DNA from: a virus
Taxonomy: Duplodnaviria > Caudoviricetes
Strand: one strand, 5' to 3'
DNA length: 60,611 bases
IMG/VR virus record: IMGVR_UViG_3300019458_000037
Coordinates: 1 to 60,611 of that record
This document shows, in pieces, positions 20,388 through 29,100 of the stretch; position 1 is the first letter of the stretch, and every line of letters starts with the position of its first letter. The notes under the pieces are model-generated. The model was not told the DNA's origin, did no database searches, and saw nothing but the letters and a program-made list of their open reading frames with translations. The translations under genes and the position numbers were made by a program.

Positions 20388-21921
20388 GGTGACAAATTGG
20401 GGCAAGGCCATCGTCAGCGGAACGTACGACGATACTGCGATCACTGTAGTTTTGAATTCAGGCCATGGCTCTCGGTTTCCGAGCACCTTCCCATTCCGAT
20501 TGGAATGGTACAATGCCACCGACTTTCCTGATCCTGCGGACGATCCTAACCGAGAAATCGTGCATGTGACTAACCGGGTGACTGATACCTTGACAGTGGT
20601 GCGTGGGGCGGAAGGCTCAGGGGCCTCGACCAAGAATGCCTCTGGTAAGGTCTATCGCATGATTCTCGGTTACACCAAAGAGATGCACGAGGAATTACAG
20701 GCGCGTGCATCTGCGCAGACGTTCAATAATCTGCGCCTGCAAACCCACACAGATAGTGATGTACAGAACAGTAAGGTCATGTTCTCGGCGGATTTCATCA
20801 TCTTGAGCGATGGCGAGCGCGTCGCTAACTGGGACAAGATCGTGCTCGATCTGACCGCAACCGGCGTGAATGGGCTGGATACTGGCTCAGAGCAGGCGAG
20901 TACCTGGTATTCCGTGCATGCGGTCTATAACGGGTCGACCAAAGGCGGCCTCTTTCATCGTGAGAAGGATTATTTCCTCGACGAGGATTCCAGCAGCGGT
21001 GAAGACGCCAGCCAAGCGCTGCGTTCATTGGTCGATAATTCGAACAATAAAATCAGCCAAGGGTTCAAAGTCGATACCGCCGGCAAAGTGCCGTTCGTCG
21101 ATGTGCGCTTAACAAAGAACGGGACCATTACTGGCAACTATTGGCTGACGATCCAGGGCGACAATTCTGGCGTTCCTGACGAGGCGGTTATCATTGCAAC
21201 GAGCGACAAGTATAATGCCGATCGGTTGGTGACTGGCAACCGATGGATGCGAATCCCTTTCCGTAGTAAGCCCAGCCTCTCAGCGGCGACGCAGTACCAT
21301 CTGGTGCTGCAGGGTGATTATACAGTCAGCGGATCCAATTTCATCGCCTGGCGCATGGATGGTTCGGCAGGCGCCTACGGGAATGGCAGCAAAGCGCTCT
21401 TTGATTCCGACACCTCAACATGGACGCAAGATACCGACGACGACATGATGTTCAAAATGTATATCGAGCGCAACGAGGCGCCTGTTACGCTCCCGTCAGG
21501 CTACGTTGGTGCGCTGATTGGGTATATCTATAACAATTCGAGCAGCAATCTGCTGCAGTTCTTCCAGAAGGATCACACATGGCGTCTCACGAACCTGCTC
21601 AACAATGGCTTGCTGATTAACGAAACCTCAGGCGCGCCAGCCTTGATTGATCTGTTCGCGGTCGTGCCGCCGCAGGATCTGCTTGAGGTCGTTTTGAGCG
21701 GATCAGGGACTGGGGCCGCCACCGCCGCCTTGGCGTTTGCAGGAATTCGCGCTGGCGATCTGGACATTACGGCACCAGGAGTTGGCGTGCAGGTGACGAC
21801 TTTCAATTCCAATACCAATGAGCGCCCATCTGATCCTGTAGCGGTCTTAGTAGAATATTCCTCAGTCCTGGTCGACGGGACATCTGGAGCTGATGTCTAT
21901 TCACAAGGATTCAATTGGTGA
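20377..21921 (+). CDS. Tail fiber/receptor-binding-type protein
   Basis: EIVHVTNRVTDTLTVVRGAEGS N-terminal anchor; GVNGLDTGSEQASTWY motif of tail fibers. Confidence 0.7.
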   Translation: MSFKVTNWGKAIVSGTYDDTAITVVLNSGHGSRFPSTFPFRLEWYNATDFPDPADDPNREIVHVTNRVTDTLTVVRGAEGSGASTKNASGKVYRMILGYTKEMHEELQARASAQTFNNLRLQTHTDSDVQNSKVMFSADFIILSDGERVANWDKIVLDLTATGVNGLDTGSEQASTWYSVHAVYNGSTKGGLFHREKDYFLDEDSSSGEDASQALRSLVDNSNNKISQGFKVDTAGKVPFVDVRLTKNGTITGNYWLTIQGDNSGVPDEAVIIATSDKYNADRLVTGNRWMRIPFRSKPSLSAATQYHLVLQGDYTVSGSNFIAWRMDGSAGAYGNGSKALFDSDTSTWTQDTDDDMMFKMYIERNEAPVTLPSGYVGALIGYIYNNSSSNLLQFFQKDHTWRLTNLLNNGLLINETSGAPALIDLFAVVPPQDLLEVVLSGSGTGAATAALAFAGIRAGDLDITAPGVGVQVTTFNSNTNERPSDPVAVLVEYSSVLVDGTSGADVYSQGFNW

Positions 21922-21929
21922 GGTAAAGG

Positions 21930-22274
21930 ATGATTTATTGTCGATACCGTCTGAGTGATGGACAATTCCTCTGCGCCTGGCCAAACAAACCTGACTTCGA
22001 TGCGTCCACTGAAGGAGTGCAGGACTTCCTGAACCATGAGCGCCCAGACCTTCGTCTGCATCGGTTTGATGCTGTCAGTCCAACGAAAAAGCGCTTGGCG
22101 ACCGCACCTGAATTGTCTGCCTACGATGATGCGGTGGCCGATGCGCAGGCCGCAGGACAATTCGATCAGCAAAAGGCCCTCAAGGCAATCGTGCTCTATA
22201 TCGCACAAAAGCACGGGCTGACGCCAGCGCAAGCCAGGCAAGAAATCATCGCCATCTACAAAGGACTGCCATGA
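21930..22274 (+). CDS. Putative tail fiber assembly protein
   Basis: Small ORF directly after the fiber gene. Confidence 0.5.
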   Translation: MIYCRYRLSDGQFLCAWPNKPDFDASTEGVQDFLNHERPDLRLHRFDAVSPTKKRLATAPELSAYDDAVADAQAAGQFDQQKALKAIVLYIAQKHGLTPAQARQEIIAIYKGLP

Positions 22275-22447
22275 TCGAGACGACCATTTGGATCTTATGG
22301 ATGCTCTCTTTGCCGCACCCGACGGCCATCAAGGGGTTTGAGTCCTCCGACAGTTGTCAACGCGCCATCACGCGCGTGCTGGAACAAGCGCACGACATCC
22401 AATTGTGGTGCGAGCCCTTGAAGTTTGAGAAGGGACGGCCGACATGA
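22271..22447 (+). CDS. Small hypothetical protein (58 aa, MIETTIWILWMLS...)
   Basis: ATGA overlaps at both ends; hydrophobic N-terminus. Confidence 0.55.
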   Translation: MIETTIWILWMLSLPHPTAIKGFESSDSCQRAITRVLEQAHDIQLWCEPLKFEKGRPT

Positions 22448-22941
22448 ACCAACACCTGGAACGTCTGGACGGGATGGCGCCCTTCATGGTGAAGCCAGTC
22501 ATGCGGTTGATCGAACGCTGTCAGATCAGTCTCGGGCGCAGGCTGTTGGTTGTTTCAGGGTATCGCTCTGCGGAGGAACAACGGCAGAAATATCAGCAAG
22601 GGCGTCGATTGGTGGGTGGCGTCTGGTTGATCGAGGATGAACTCAAGATCATCACACGCGCCTTGCCTGGGCTGACGCCGCATAACGTCGTGACGGTGAA
22701 GGATCATGCGCCAGCATCCGTCGCGGTCGATCTGATTCCCTTGTTCGATGATGGGCGCGCCGATTGGCATGTTAGTGATGCGTTTTGGGCCAATCTCTAT
22801 GAGCTTTCGTGGAAGGTGGGGCTAGACCCGCTCGGGGATGAAATTGGCGCGGTACTCAAGAATGACAAAGGGCATTTTGAGGAACCGGCGTGGAAGCTCA
22901 AACTTGAAGGTCTAGGCTTGATGCAACCATTGAATACCTGA
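22444..22941 (+). CDS. Endolysin, M15-family peptidase
   Basis: SGYRSAEEQ...Y.QGR...HN...AVDL...DKGHFE. Confidence 0.8.
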   Translation: MNQHLERLDGMAPFMVKPVMRLIERCQISLGRRLLVVSGYRSAEEQRQKYQQGRRLVGGVWLIEDELKIITRALPGLTPHNVVTVKDHAPASVAVDLIPLFDDGRADWHVSDAFWANLYELSWKVGLDPLGDEIGAVLKNDKGHFEEPAWKLKLEGLGLMQPLNT

Positions 22942-22951
22942 GAGGTGCCGC

Positions 22952-23257
22952 ATGGTAAATGGTCCATGGTGGGCTGAAGGCAAGCAATTGGTCTGGACGC
23001 TCGGTCCGGTGACGATTGGCTTCTTTCTCTTTACGGCAGTCTTGTTTGGTTGGCTTCCGTCGCCCATGTTGAGAGCCATCGAGTCGAACCATGAATTGAT
23101 TGCAGAGGGATACAAGCATAGGCAGACCATCGAAACTATGTTGGCGGCGCATTTCCGAGCGCTTGAACAAGAACGCAGGCAGTTATCTAAGACCCTATTA
23201 AGTATCTGCAGACACACGGCGAAATCTGAGATGCAGCGCTATGACTGCGATCAATAA
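22952..23257 (+). CDS. Membrane protein, holin/antiholin candidate
   Basis: N-terminal TM segment (LGPVTIGFFLFTAVLFGWL); lysis region. Confidence 0.5.
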   Translation: MVNGPWWAEGKQLVWTLGPVTIGFFLFTAVLFGWLPSPMLRAIESNHELIAEGYKHRQTIETMLAAHFRALEQERRQLSKTLLSICRHTAKSEMQRYDCDQ

Positions 23258-23260
23258 GCG

Positions 23261-23590
23261 ATGGCGTGGAGTCCGACCATGATCCTTGGCACTACAATAT
23301 CAACAGGCGTCTTGATCGGAATGCTGTATAGTGCAGGACAATGGATCGACCAACGCTATGCACACAACGACGACGTGCAGTTAATTGACATGCGTCTCGA
23401 ACAGAAGATCCAGTCGGATCGTATCTATCAGATCCGTCAACAACTCTTTCAGATGGAGCGCGAATATCCTAAAGGGCTGCCAACCGCACCGCCATCGGTG
23501 CAGGATCAATATAGGCGCTTGCAGGCAGCGCTGGAGGATGCCATCCGTGAGCAGGACCGGCTCATGGAGCAGCAACCACGGTCCAAATAG
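23261..23590 (+). CDS. Membrane-anchored coiled-coil protein
   Basis: N-terminal hydrophobic segment followed by coiled coil. Confidence 0.55.
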   Translation: MAWSPTMILGTTISTGVLIGMLYSAGQWIDQRYAHNDDVQLIDMRLEQKIQSDRIYQIRQQLFQMEREYPKGLPTAPPSVQDQYRRLQAALEDAIREQDRLMEQQPRSK

Positions 23591-23600
23591 GAGGTACGTT

Positions 23601-23801
23601 ATGCGAACGATTGTTGCGTTGTGTGCTATACTGACCTCGTTGGTGCTGCCGCTGAGCGGATGCGCCAAGACGAAAGAGTCCCTGAAGACGATCATTGGCC
23701 ATAGCTGCGAGTTGGGGAAGTCTCTCCTCAACCTCCCGCTCGATGTCTACCAGGACACGAAGGAGAACGCGGAAACGATCACGACGGCGACCAGCAAGTA
23801 A
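23601..23801 (+). CDS. Small lipoprotein
   Basis: Signal peptide with lipobox LSGC; AGGAGG RBS. Confidence 0.65.
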   Translation: MRTIVALCAILTSLVLPLSGCAKTKESLKTIIGHSCELGKSLLNLPLDVYQDTKENAETITTATSK

Positions 23802-23821
23802 GCACGGCAAGGGAGTAACCA

Positions 23822-24034
23822 ATGAGCTTGTTGGTGGTGTGGTATGTGGTCATTGTGCTCTACCTCGCACCGGGGGCAGCCGGCAGTAGCATGTTGCTTA
23901 ATCCGGTGCCCTTTCCTGATGAGCATGCCTGTTTCAAGGAAGCCGCCAGGATCTACGTCCACATGCGGCATGCCTATCCTGGGGATTACAGCTACACCAT
24001 CACGTGCATCAAGCGCGACAAACCTATCAAGTAA
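23822..24034 (+). CDS. Small secreted/membrane protein
   Basis: Hydrophobic N-terminus and two Cys. Confidence 0.5.
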   Translation: MSLLVVWYVVIVLYLAPGAAGSSMLLNPVPFPDEHACFKEAARIYVHMRHAYPGDYSYTITCIKRDKPIK

Positions 24035-24043
24035 GGAGGCATT

Positions 24044-24337
24044 ATGTTAGAAAACATCCTGCACAGCATTCTGCCGCCAATCTGGGTGGCATTGGGACCA
24101 CTACTGACCGCCGGCATCACGAAGCTGGTCAATAAAGTGGCCACGACCTTTGTGCCGCGTTTTGTGCAGACGATCATTTCCGGCGTGCTCATGGCGGCCG
24201 TGGCAGGTCTCACCGGCGACATGGCCGGCGTCGATACCACCATCGCGCTGAGCCTTGGCGGCGTCAGTGGGGTGACGGGACAGATCCTTGCGGCCACCTC
24301 GCCAAAGACCTTATTGACGGAGGCCAAAGCAAGCTGA
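24044..24337 (+). CDS. Holin-like membrane protein
   Basis: Two to three hydrophobic segments; TAAGGAGG RBS; lysis module. Confidence 0.55.
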   Translation: MLENILHSILPPIWVALGPLLTAGITKLVNKVATTFVPRFVQTIISGVLMAAVAGLTGDMAGVDTTIALSLGGVSGVTGQILAATSPKTLLTEAKAS

Positions 24338-24612
24338 TGTTCGACTTTATTGGTCTTGCAAAAGAGGCGCTTGGCGTGACCAGGCGCCTCATGGATCGAT
24401 ACTGGGGCACGCAGACCAAAAAGGCGGCCACCTTGGAAGAGCAAGCCGAGGAGGCCGCCCAAAAGAAACGGGAGGCGCTGGACAAACGCTATGAAGCAAT
24501 CCAAGCCAATAACCGTGAGTTGGCAAATCAGTGTTTGGCTGACGCTGATTTTTGGAATACTGAGTTGGAACGGCTGCAGGGCGAAATCCGCGCCAAGGCC
24601 GGTACCGGATAG
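24337..24612 (+). CDS. Coiled-coil protein, possible i-spanin-like partner
   Basis: Coupled to the upstream gene and overlaps a lipoprotein gene, but has no clear TM segment. Confidence 0.45.
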   Translation: MFDFIGLAKEALGVTRRLMDRYWGTQTKKAATLEEQAEEAAQKKREALDKRYEAIQANNRELANQCLADADFWNTELERLQGEIRAKAGTG

Positions 24613-24769
24613 TCGTATCTGCTACCTCGGCACGGTGTTCCCGCAAGACCTGCCAGCCGTCCGCGTCTGGGCCCCGAAGGCGGAGGTCGGCGATATTTTG
24701 CTGAATCCGACGTGCGATGATAAGCAGACCGAGGCGACGCTGAACGAAATCAGACGATTGACTCGGTGA
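24491..24769 (+). CDS. Lipoprotein, o-spanin-like, overlapping the previous gene
   Basis: Hydrophobic stretch ending SWNGC, then Pro-rich; overlapping arrangement like Rz/Rz1. Confidence 0.5.
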   Translation: MKQSKPITVSWQISVWLTLIFGILSWNGCRAKSAPRPVPDSRICYLGTVFPQDLPAVRVWAPKAEVGDILLNPTCDDKQTEATLNEIRRLTR

Positions 24770-24799
24770 GTGGTTGCGTCCGCCCTCCATAGGAGGTGA

Positions 24800-25057
24800 A
24801 TGAGGATGAAGCGCTCCGCGCGTCTGAGCCGCCCGAAGCGTTGCCTGCGCTGCGGCGGATTGATGTGGCTTGAAACCCATCGCCATGACGGCAGTTCGAC
24901 CGCGGCGCTCCTCTTGATCCATGCCTGTGTGAATTGCGGCGATCGGATCGACGCTATCATTCTGCGCAATCGAGCGCGTCGCCCTGGGCTGCGCGCCATA
25001 CGACCAGGCTCGAAATCCCCCAGCCATCTCTTTCCGCTTTTGCTCTTCTCGAATTGA
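24800..25057 (+). CDS. Zinc-ribbon protein (CxxC...CxxCG)
   Basis: CLRCGGLM...ACVNCGDRIDAIILRNR; AGGAGG RBS. Confidence 0.7.
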   Translation: MRMKRSARLSRPKRCLRCGGLMWLETHRHDGSSTAALLLIHACVNCGDRIDAIILRNRARRPGLRAIRPGSKSPSHLFPLLLFSN

Positions 25058-25220
25058 TCGAGCAGCGCGCCGGCACGCACCATTATATATACCGGCATAT
25101 ATCGAGCGCGAAAACATTGAGAAACAGCGTATTTCCTTGCATTCACGCAGAGGAATCATCTAACTTATTGATTCGTAAAGGCTATTCAAGCACTCTTTTT
25201 TTCTGATTCTGCCGCTTTTC

Positions 25221-25270
25221 GCTTGACCAGTCTGCCGGCGTATGCGAACATGCTTCTATCATGATAGCTT
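25221..25270 (+). promoter_or_regulatory. Putative early promoter with operator-like palindrome
   Basis: TTGACC at 25223 and palindrome CTATCATGATAG, in an AT-rich intergenic region at a module boundary. Confidence 0.5.
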
Positions 25271-25334
25271 ATTCAATGATAGAGCGATTCGCCAAGCAGA
25301 TTCCCGCCCCTCTCCAGGTCTCGATGCTGGCTGA

Positions 25335-25691
25335 AAAAACGACCAGCGTCAGCGGCCAGACTGCTGCGCTCTCTGCGATGAAACTGGCGACCGCTCCACT
25401 GAGCAGATCGAACTCGCCAAGGTCGCCAGCGTCTATTCAGGTATCAATGGTCGTTGCTGCTGCGGATGCTCAGGCAAGCACACCTACGCCTCGGCGCACC
25501 GCGTAGCGGCATCGAAGAATCGAGGCTATGAAGTCGAGAGCGATGAAGTGAACGACAGGACCGTTAAGCTGATCGTCAATCGTATGAACAGAATCATGGC
25601 GACTGATTCGAGCGCTAAGGCGCAGGTCGAGCACGACTATATCTCGGTCGAGCTTGGCGGTCGTCTGTACATCGCTTATTTCGCTCGCTGA
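25335..25691 (+). CDS. Hypothetical protein with CCCGCSGKH motif; start missing or frameshifted
   Basis: Stop-free frame EQIELAKVASVYSGINGRCCCGCSGKHTY...LYIAYFAR*, with no canonical start upstream of the motif. Confidence 0.55.
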   Translation, partial: KNDQRQRPDCCALCDETGDRSTEQIELAKVASVYSGINGRCCCGCSGKHTYASAHRVAASKNRGYEVESDEVNDRTVKLIVNRMNRIMATDSSAKAQVEHDYISVELGGRLYIAYFAR

Positions 25692-25734
25692 TCGATCAAG
25701 ACAATTCACCTTCCAACCCTACCTGGAGGCTGCC

Positions 25735-25917
25735 ATGATTGAAACAACATTCATGCTTGATGCCGAGACTGCGAGGATGATCGGTGCCTGTGAGCAGCGT
25801 GCGGCGCAATATGCGAACGCCTATCCAAACGTCAGCGATGACGAGACGCGTGAGGCGATTTACGTCACCCATCTCACGCACCTGATTAACAACAGCGAAG
25901 ACGTCACGATCCATTAA
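25735..25917 (+). CDS. Hypothetical protein
   Basis: GGAGG RBS before the ATG. Confidence 0.6.
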   Translation: MIETTFMLDAETARMIGACEQRAAQYANAYPNVSDDETREAIYVTHLTHLINNSEDVTIH

Positions 25918-25930
25918 GGAGGGAGCCATT

Positions 25931-26236
25931 ATGAGGGAAAACCTGCGTCGATTCCCAAACAATATGGTGTTGCTCGAAATCTGCAAGGACGGTGTGGTGA
26001 CCTACCGCCTATCGCCGAGCCAGCCGCGAAGGCTTGGGGCGGCGCTGCCATTCTATCGAGCGCGCAGCGAGCAGCACGCCAAGATGCTGCAAGTCCTCCA
26101 TTGCAAGCGCCAATATAGCGGCGAGTACAGAATCTATCCCTTCAGCGGAGAAGTGAAGGACATTTTCAGAGTTGCGAAGTCGTTTGCCGAGAGTGATCCG
26201 GGATGGAACGGGCTGAAAGGAGAGCCGCTTGGTTAA
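25931..26236 (+). CDS. Hypothetical protein
   Basis: TAAGGAGG RBS. Confidence 0.65.
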   Translation: MRENLRRFPNNMVLLEICKDGVVTYRLSPSQPRRLGAALPFYRARSEQHAKMLQVLHCKRQYSGEYRIYPFSGEVKDIFRVAKSFAESDPGWNGLKGEPLG

Positions 26237-26250
26237 CCAAGGAGGGAGCC

Positions 26251-26540
26251 ATGAGTGCGACAACGATGAATGCGACATCACTCTTCGTCGATGTGCCGGA
26301 TGAGGACGGCTGCGAGACCGGCGTGTCGATCTTGGTTTTTCTCGACTTCATACGCGACGAGGTGGACTTTGACTTCGGCGCCGATGCCGACGGCAATCGA
26401 GGCACGATGCTGGTCTCGTATGAGTGCTCGACGTCACGATTGACGATGGCTTTCGCGCCATTCTGAGCGAGGAGCAGATTGTGCAGGTGAAGCGCGATGC
26501 GGAAGTGATCTTCCACCAGCGCGACAAGCATCATCTCTAA
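26251..26540 (+). pseudogene. Hypothetical gene with apparent 1-nt frameshift at ~26424
   Basis: ...MLVSYE continues sensibly only in the -1 frame (VLDVTIDDGFRAILSEEQIVQVKRDAE...HHL*). Confidence 0.5.
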
Positions 26541-26618
26541 GGTGAGGGCACGGGGCTGCGGCCCCGTGTAAACCTACTGCCTGGTCCCAAGTCTAGGCGC
26601 AACCAGAAGGAGGGCGTC

Positions 26619-26918
26619 ATGTCAAACATGAGCTACTGCAGGTTCGAGAATACCTATCGGGATATGGAGGACTGCAAGGAAGCACTTGACGAGTTGTTCA
26701 ATTACCAACAACTCAGCGAGAGTGAGTTACGCTACGCCAAAAAGCTCTGCGTCACATGCGCTGAGATTTTGTCGGCGGTCGCTGATTCTAGCGTTAACAC
26801 CGATGTGCAGGGCTTGGTAAACGATCATGACATAATCAGTGAAGCGCTCGACGAGGCCCAATTGAGCGCGAGGCAGCACGCGCTTGACGAGTCGCGCGCC
26901 AAGGCCGACGAGAAGTAA
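26619..26918 (+). CDS. Conserved phage hypothetical protein (MSNMSYCRFENT type)
   Basis: MSNMSYCRFENTYRD N-terminus recalled from phage early proteins; strong RBS. Confidence 0.75.
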   Translation: MSNMSYCRFENTYRDMEDCKEALDELFNYQQLSESELRYAKKLCVTCAEILSAVADSSVNTDVQGLVNDHDIISEALDEAQLSARQHALDESRAKADEK

Positions 26919-26973
26919 GTGAAATAAGTAGCGAGTGTCCAATCCACCATTCACCTACCAAATGGAGGGAGTT

Positions 26974-28488
26974 ATGACGATCAATCTCACAGAGCAATTT
27001 CTGAGTGCGCGCAAGTTTGGTGTGCCGCTGATCGGGGTTGAAACCCCGGACCAAGCGGCGACGGTCGAGCAACTGACGAAGGCGATCAACGGCAAGGGGC
27101 TGATTGCCGTGCTGGTCTGGGATATTGTGCGCGGGCTAAGAGCGGCAAACGAAGCGGGGAAGGCTGAAGTGCAGCGCTTAGCCCCTGATGAAGCCGCGCA
27201 GGCGGAGCTTATCAATCCGACCAGCATGTTGGCGCGTTCATTGGAATTGAAAGACAAGACGGTCGTCTTCATGCAGAACGCGCACCGGTTCTACGACAAC
27301 GAAGCGGTCATGCAGGGGATCTGGAATGTGCGGGATCCCTTCAAAGCGACCGGGCGTATGTTGGTCCTGCTCGGTCCGACGCTGAAGCTGCCGATGGAAT
27401 TAGAGCGCGACGTGATACTCTTCGACCAGGCGCTGCCATCGGACGCAGAGCTTGGCGGTATCATCAAGAATGTGTACGACTATGCTGGCTTGGCTACGCC
27501 CACCATCGAGCACAATGCCGCGCTGGTGCGTGCGGCGCGCGGGCTGGCGCCATTCCCAGCCGAGCAGGCGGTGGCGCTCAGCCTGTCCAAGACCGGGGCC
27601 GACGTCGCACGGCTCTGGGAATTGAAGCGCAAGATGGTCGAGCAGACGCGAGGGCTCGCCATGTACAACAGCGGAGAGACCTTCAGCGACATCGGCGGCA
27701 TCGAGCGTATCAAGCGCTTCGGGCGTTCGCTCTTTACGGGCAGCGAACCGCCAGCCGCGGTGATCTTCATTGATGAAATCGAGAAGGCGATGGCAGGCGT
27801 CGGCACCGGTGGCGTTGGCGATACCAGCGGCACCAGCCAAGATCAATTGGGCGTCCTGCTGAGCGCCATGCAGGATAATGAATGGTCTGGGCTGATCGCC
27901 GTCGGCCCGCCAGGCTGCGCGAAGTCGATGTACGCCAAAGCGCTCGGCAACACTCATAAGGTGCCCACCATCAAGCTCGATCTAGGCAGCATGAAGGGGA
28001 GCCTGGTGGGGCAGAGCGAGCAGCAAGTGCGTGCCGCGGTCAAGATCATTCAAGCGGTGGCTGGGAAATCCGCCTATTGGGTCGCCACCTGTAATTCGCT
28101 GAGCGTGCTACCGCCTGAATTGCGTCGGCGCTTCACCGACGGGATCTGGTTTTTTGATCTGCCAGATTTTGAGGAGCGTGCCTCGATTTGGGCAACGCTC
28201 ATTAAGCGGTACGGGTTGAATGAGGAGCAACATCAACTCAGCAACCCGCCAGACGATGATCGTTGGACCGGGGCCGATATTCGTAACGTCTGCTCGATTG
28301 CCTATCGGCTGAAGTGCTCACTTGAGGAAGCCTCCACGTTCATCACGCCAGTGGCGAAGAGCGATCCGGCGAGCATTGAGCGACTGCGCAAACTGGCGGA
28401 CGGGGCGTTTCTTTCTGCCAGCAAGATCGGGACCTATACCAGAAAGGACGAGTCACAGAGCGGTGGCGCGCGGCGCGTCGCGATCTGA
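26974..28488 (+). CDS. Ycf46-like AAA+ ATPase with permuted Walker motifs
   Basis: IFIDEIEK, GPPGCAKS, SLVGQSE, ATCN...LPPELRRRF...FFDLP; degenerate N-terminal AAA-like domain. Confidence 0.85.
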   Translation: MTINLTEQFLSARKFGVPLIGVETPDQAATVEQLTKAINGKGLIAVLVWDIVRGLRAANEAGKAEVQRLAPDEAAQAELINPTSMLARSLELKDKTVVFMQNAHRFYDNEAVMQGIWNVRDPFKATGRMLVLLGPTLKLPMELERDVILFDQALPSDAELGGIIKNVYDYAGLATPTIEHNAALVRAARGLAPFPAEQAVALSLSKTGADVARLWELKRKMVEQTRGLAMYNSGETFSDIGGIERIKRFGRSLFTGSEPPAAVIFIDEIEKAMAGVGTGGVGDTSGTSQDQLGVLLSAMQDNEWSGLIAVGPPGCAKSMYAKALGNTHKVPTIKLDLGSMKGSLVGQSEQQVRAAVKIIQAVAGKSAYWVATCNSLSVLPPELRRRFTDGIWFFDLPDFEERASIWATLIKRYGLNEEQHQLSNPPDDDRWTGADIRNVCSIAYRLKCSLEEASTFITPVAKSDPASIERLRKLADGAFLSASKIGTYTRKDESQSGGARRVAI

Positions 28489-28524
28489 TTACACCACCGT
28501 CATCATCACAAGGAGGGCGTCATC

Positions 28525-28857
28525 ATGCCATGCTGGACGATTGTGACCAATACCGTCAGAACAGAGAACATGCAGATCGAACTGCTCGTTGAAGGGCTGA
28601 AAGCGGCCGACTTCAGCGTCAGACACAGCCTGCAGAGGAAGTACGTGCAATTCTCGAAGCATGGTCAATCAGGCTTCTATCAGGAGGGCAGCCTGACGGT
28701 CTATGGCGAAGGGCAAAAGGCCAACGAGATAGCCGACGAGGTGAAGCGTGCCTATGCGGCGCAGACGATACGATACGCCACCGCGAAGTTCGGGTGGAAG
28801 GCGAACGAGAAAAAGACCACGCGAGGCGTTGAATTTGCTGTGAGCAAAAGGAGGTAA
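28525..28857 (+). CDS. DUF1257-like small protein
   Basis: Directly after the Ycf46-like ATPase; KRAYA..TI...AKFGW pattern. Confidence 0.55.
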   Translation: MPCWTIVTNTVRTENMQIELLVEGLKAADFSVRHSLQRKYVQFSKHGQSGFYQEGSLTVYGEGQKANEIADEVKRAYAAQTIRYATAKFGWKANEKKTTRGVEFAVSKRR

Positions 28858-28860
28858 GCC

Positions 28861-29055
28861 ATGCAATTCGACCAATTGAAAATCACCGTGCTGGACGATG
28901 GGACGATCAAGGTCGAAACCGATGAAGTCGGCACTGCGAATCACGTGAGCGCCGATAAGCTCATGGCGCTGCTGAGCCAATTGGCTGGCGGCGAGACCAA
29001 GACCACACGCAAGCCCAAGGCGCACAGCCATGGGCAGATGTTCCATACACACTGA
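28861..29055 (+). CDS. DUF2997-like small protein
   Basis: ITVLDDGTIKVET motif; cassette position. Confidence 0.55.
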   Translation: MQFDQLKITVLDDGTIKVETDEVGTANHVSADKLMALLSQLAGGETKTTRKPKAHSHGQMFHTH

Positions 29056-29100
29056 CGGCCTCAAGGCAATTCACCTTCACTCCATAAAGGAGATTTCATT

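Noticed and set aside
18669-21921. Diversity-generating retroelement targeting tail genes
   Set aside because: No reverse transcriptase and no TR/VR pair were noticed.
24389-25159. Long minus-strand ORFs (256 and 174 aa)
   Set aside because: Antisense to credible plus-strand genes and without recognisable motifs.
25280-25700. Large non-coding RNA in the apparent gap
   Set aside because: Better explained by a protein-like open frame missed by the ORF track.
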